Position numbers and translations under genes: made by a program | DNA from: Perkinsus olseni | Taxonomy: Eukaryota | Length of the DNA: 64,000 nucleotides | Reading direction: 5' to 3' | NCBI GenBank assembly: GCA_013115125.1 | Contig: JABANN010000093.1 | Location: 1-64,000 of the forward strand | Notes under the pieces: model-generated | The model's input: the letters and a program-made list of their open reading frames with translations, nothing else | Database searches by the model: none | Told to the model about the DNA's origin: nothing | Shown here: positions 63,448 through 64,000 of the stretch, piece by piece | Numbering within the stretch: position 1 is the stretch's first letter | Layout: each line of letters opens with the position of its first letter

Positions 63448-63545
63448 AGTAAAATCACTCCAAAGGTTCGCTGCCTCTGATCTGCGTCGTATTGCGCAGA
63501 CCGTGAGAGTTTTAGCACAGGGAAAAACGTCTTTTTCGGACAGGA

Positions 63546-64000
63546 TCACGCAGAGATAATCGTCCTGGATTTACCATCGTTTACTACGAGATCTTGGCAG
63601 TTTTTAGTGGCGATGGCTTCCTCAGTGGCAGAGGGTCCACCCTCATCATCATGCGCCGTTGGAAGTGTGAGTAAGAAGATAGCCTCCCCTCCACCCCTGG
63701 ACGATGACGATGATGACGACGAGTTCTCCCGACTCCTCAACGCTCACAAGAAGGCCCGGGACGACGGCGGAGGGGCATCCCGGATTGATAAGGTAATTCT
63801 CACGACGCCTTACTGAGGGGTTGTAGTCGGTCTTAGACTCCTCCCGTCACCACCGAAAGTGGCAGTCAAAAGCCTTCGGTAAAGCGACAGAAGGTGGTGG
63901 ACTATGGGGACCTCGACGGTGCTGGGGCGCGGCGGTACTACACAGATCTGCTGGGATCCTCTTTCAAACGGTATGCGTAGATACACCTCGGCCAACCCTA
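63546..64000 (-). CDS. 3' end of a hypothetical gene running off the window
   Basis: Two consecutive minus-strand ORFs ending 98 nt before the PP2C ATG; no motif recognised. Confidence 0.35.

Overview
Eukaryotic, gene-dense window with many short (about 40-130 nt) GT-AG introns and myzozoan-type genes. It most likely comes from a Perkinsus species (inferred from gene content and architecture). Region 1-9 kb is an accessory region: a decayed tandem segmental duplication carrying intronless secreted-protein paralogues (a third copy lies at 21.4-21.9 kb), repeated non-coding modules and a probable non-LTR retroelement remnant. Region 11.5-20.4 kb holds three identical tRNA-Gly(GCC) genes, three tandem paralogues of a ~100-aa single-TM protein (probably a cytochrome c oxidase accessory subunit), GINS Psf1, a UBE2J1-type E2 and a 4xCX9C ATP synthase subunit (ATPTG9-like). 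Region 24-64 kb is core genome: an EF-hand protein, NAP/SET, HtrA, a TPR protein, a plasmepsin V/ASP5-like protease, a neuralized-domain protein, SMN-like, phosphatidylserine decarboxylase, a duplicated coiled-coil pair, tRNA-Asp, a long coiled-coil protein, DnaJ and PP2C, mostly packed on the minus strand. The most unusual signal is that several short spliceosomal introns consist largely of tRNA 3' halves (variable loop, T-arm/B-box, acceptor strand). A PEXEL-like RxL motif also follows the signal peptide in the secreted family. Exon boundaries were inferred by eye and family assignments come from recalled motifs, not from searches.
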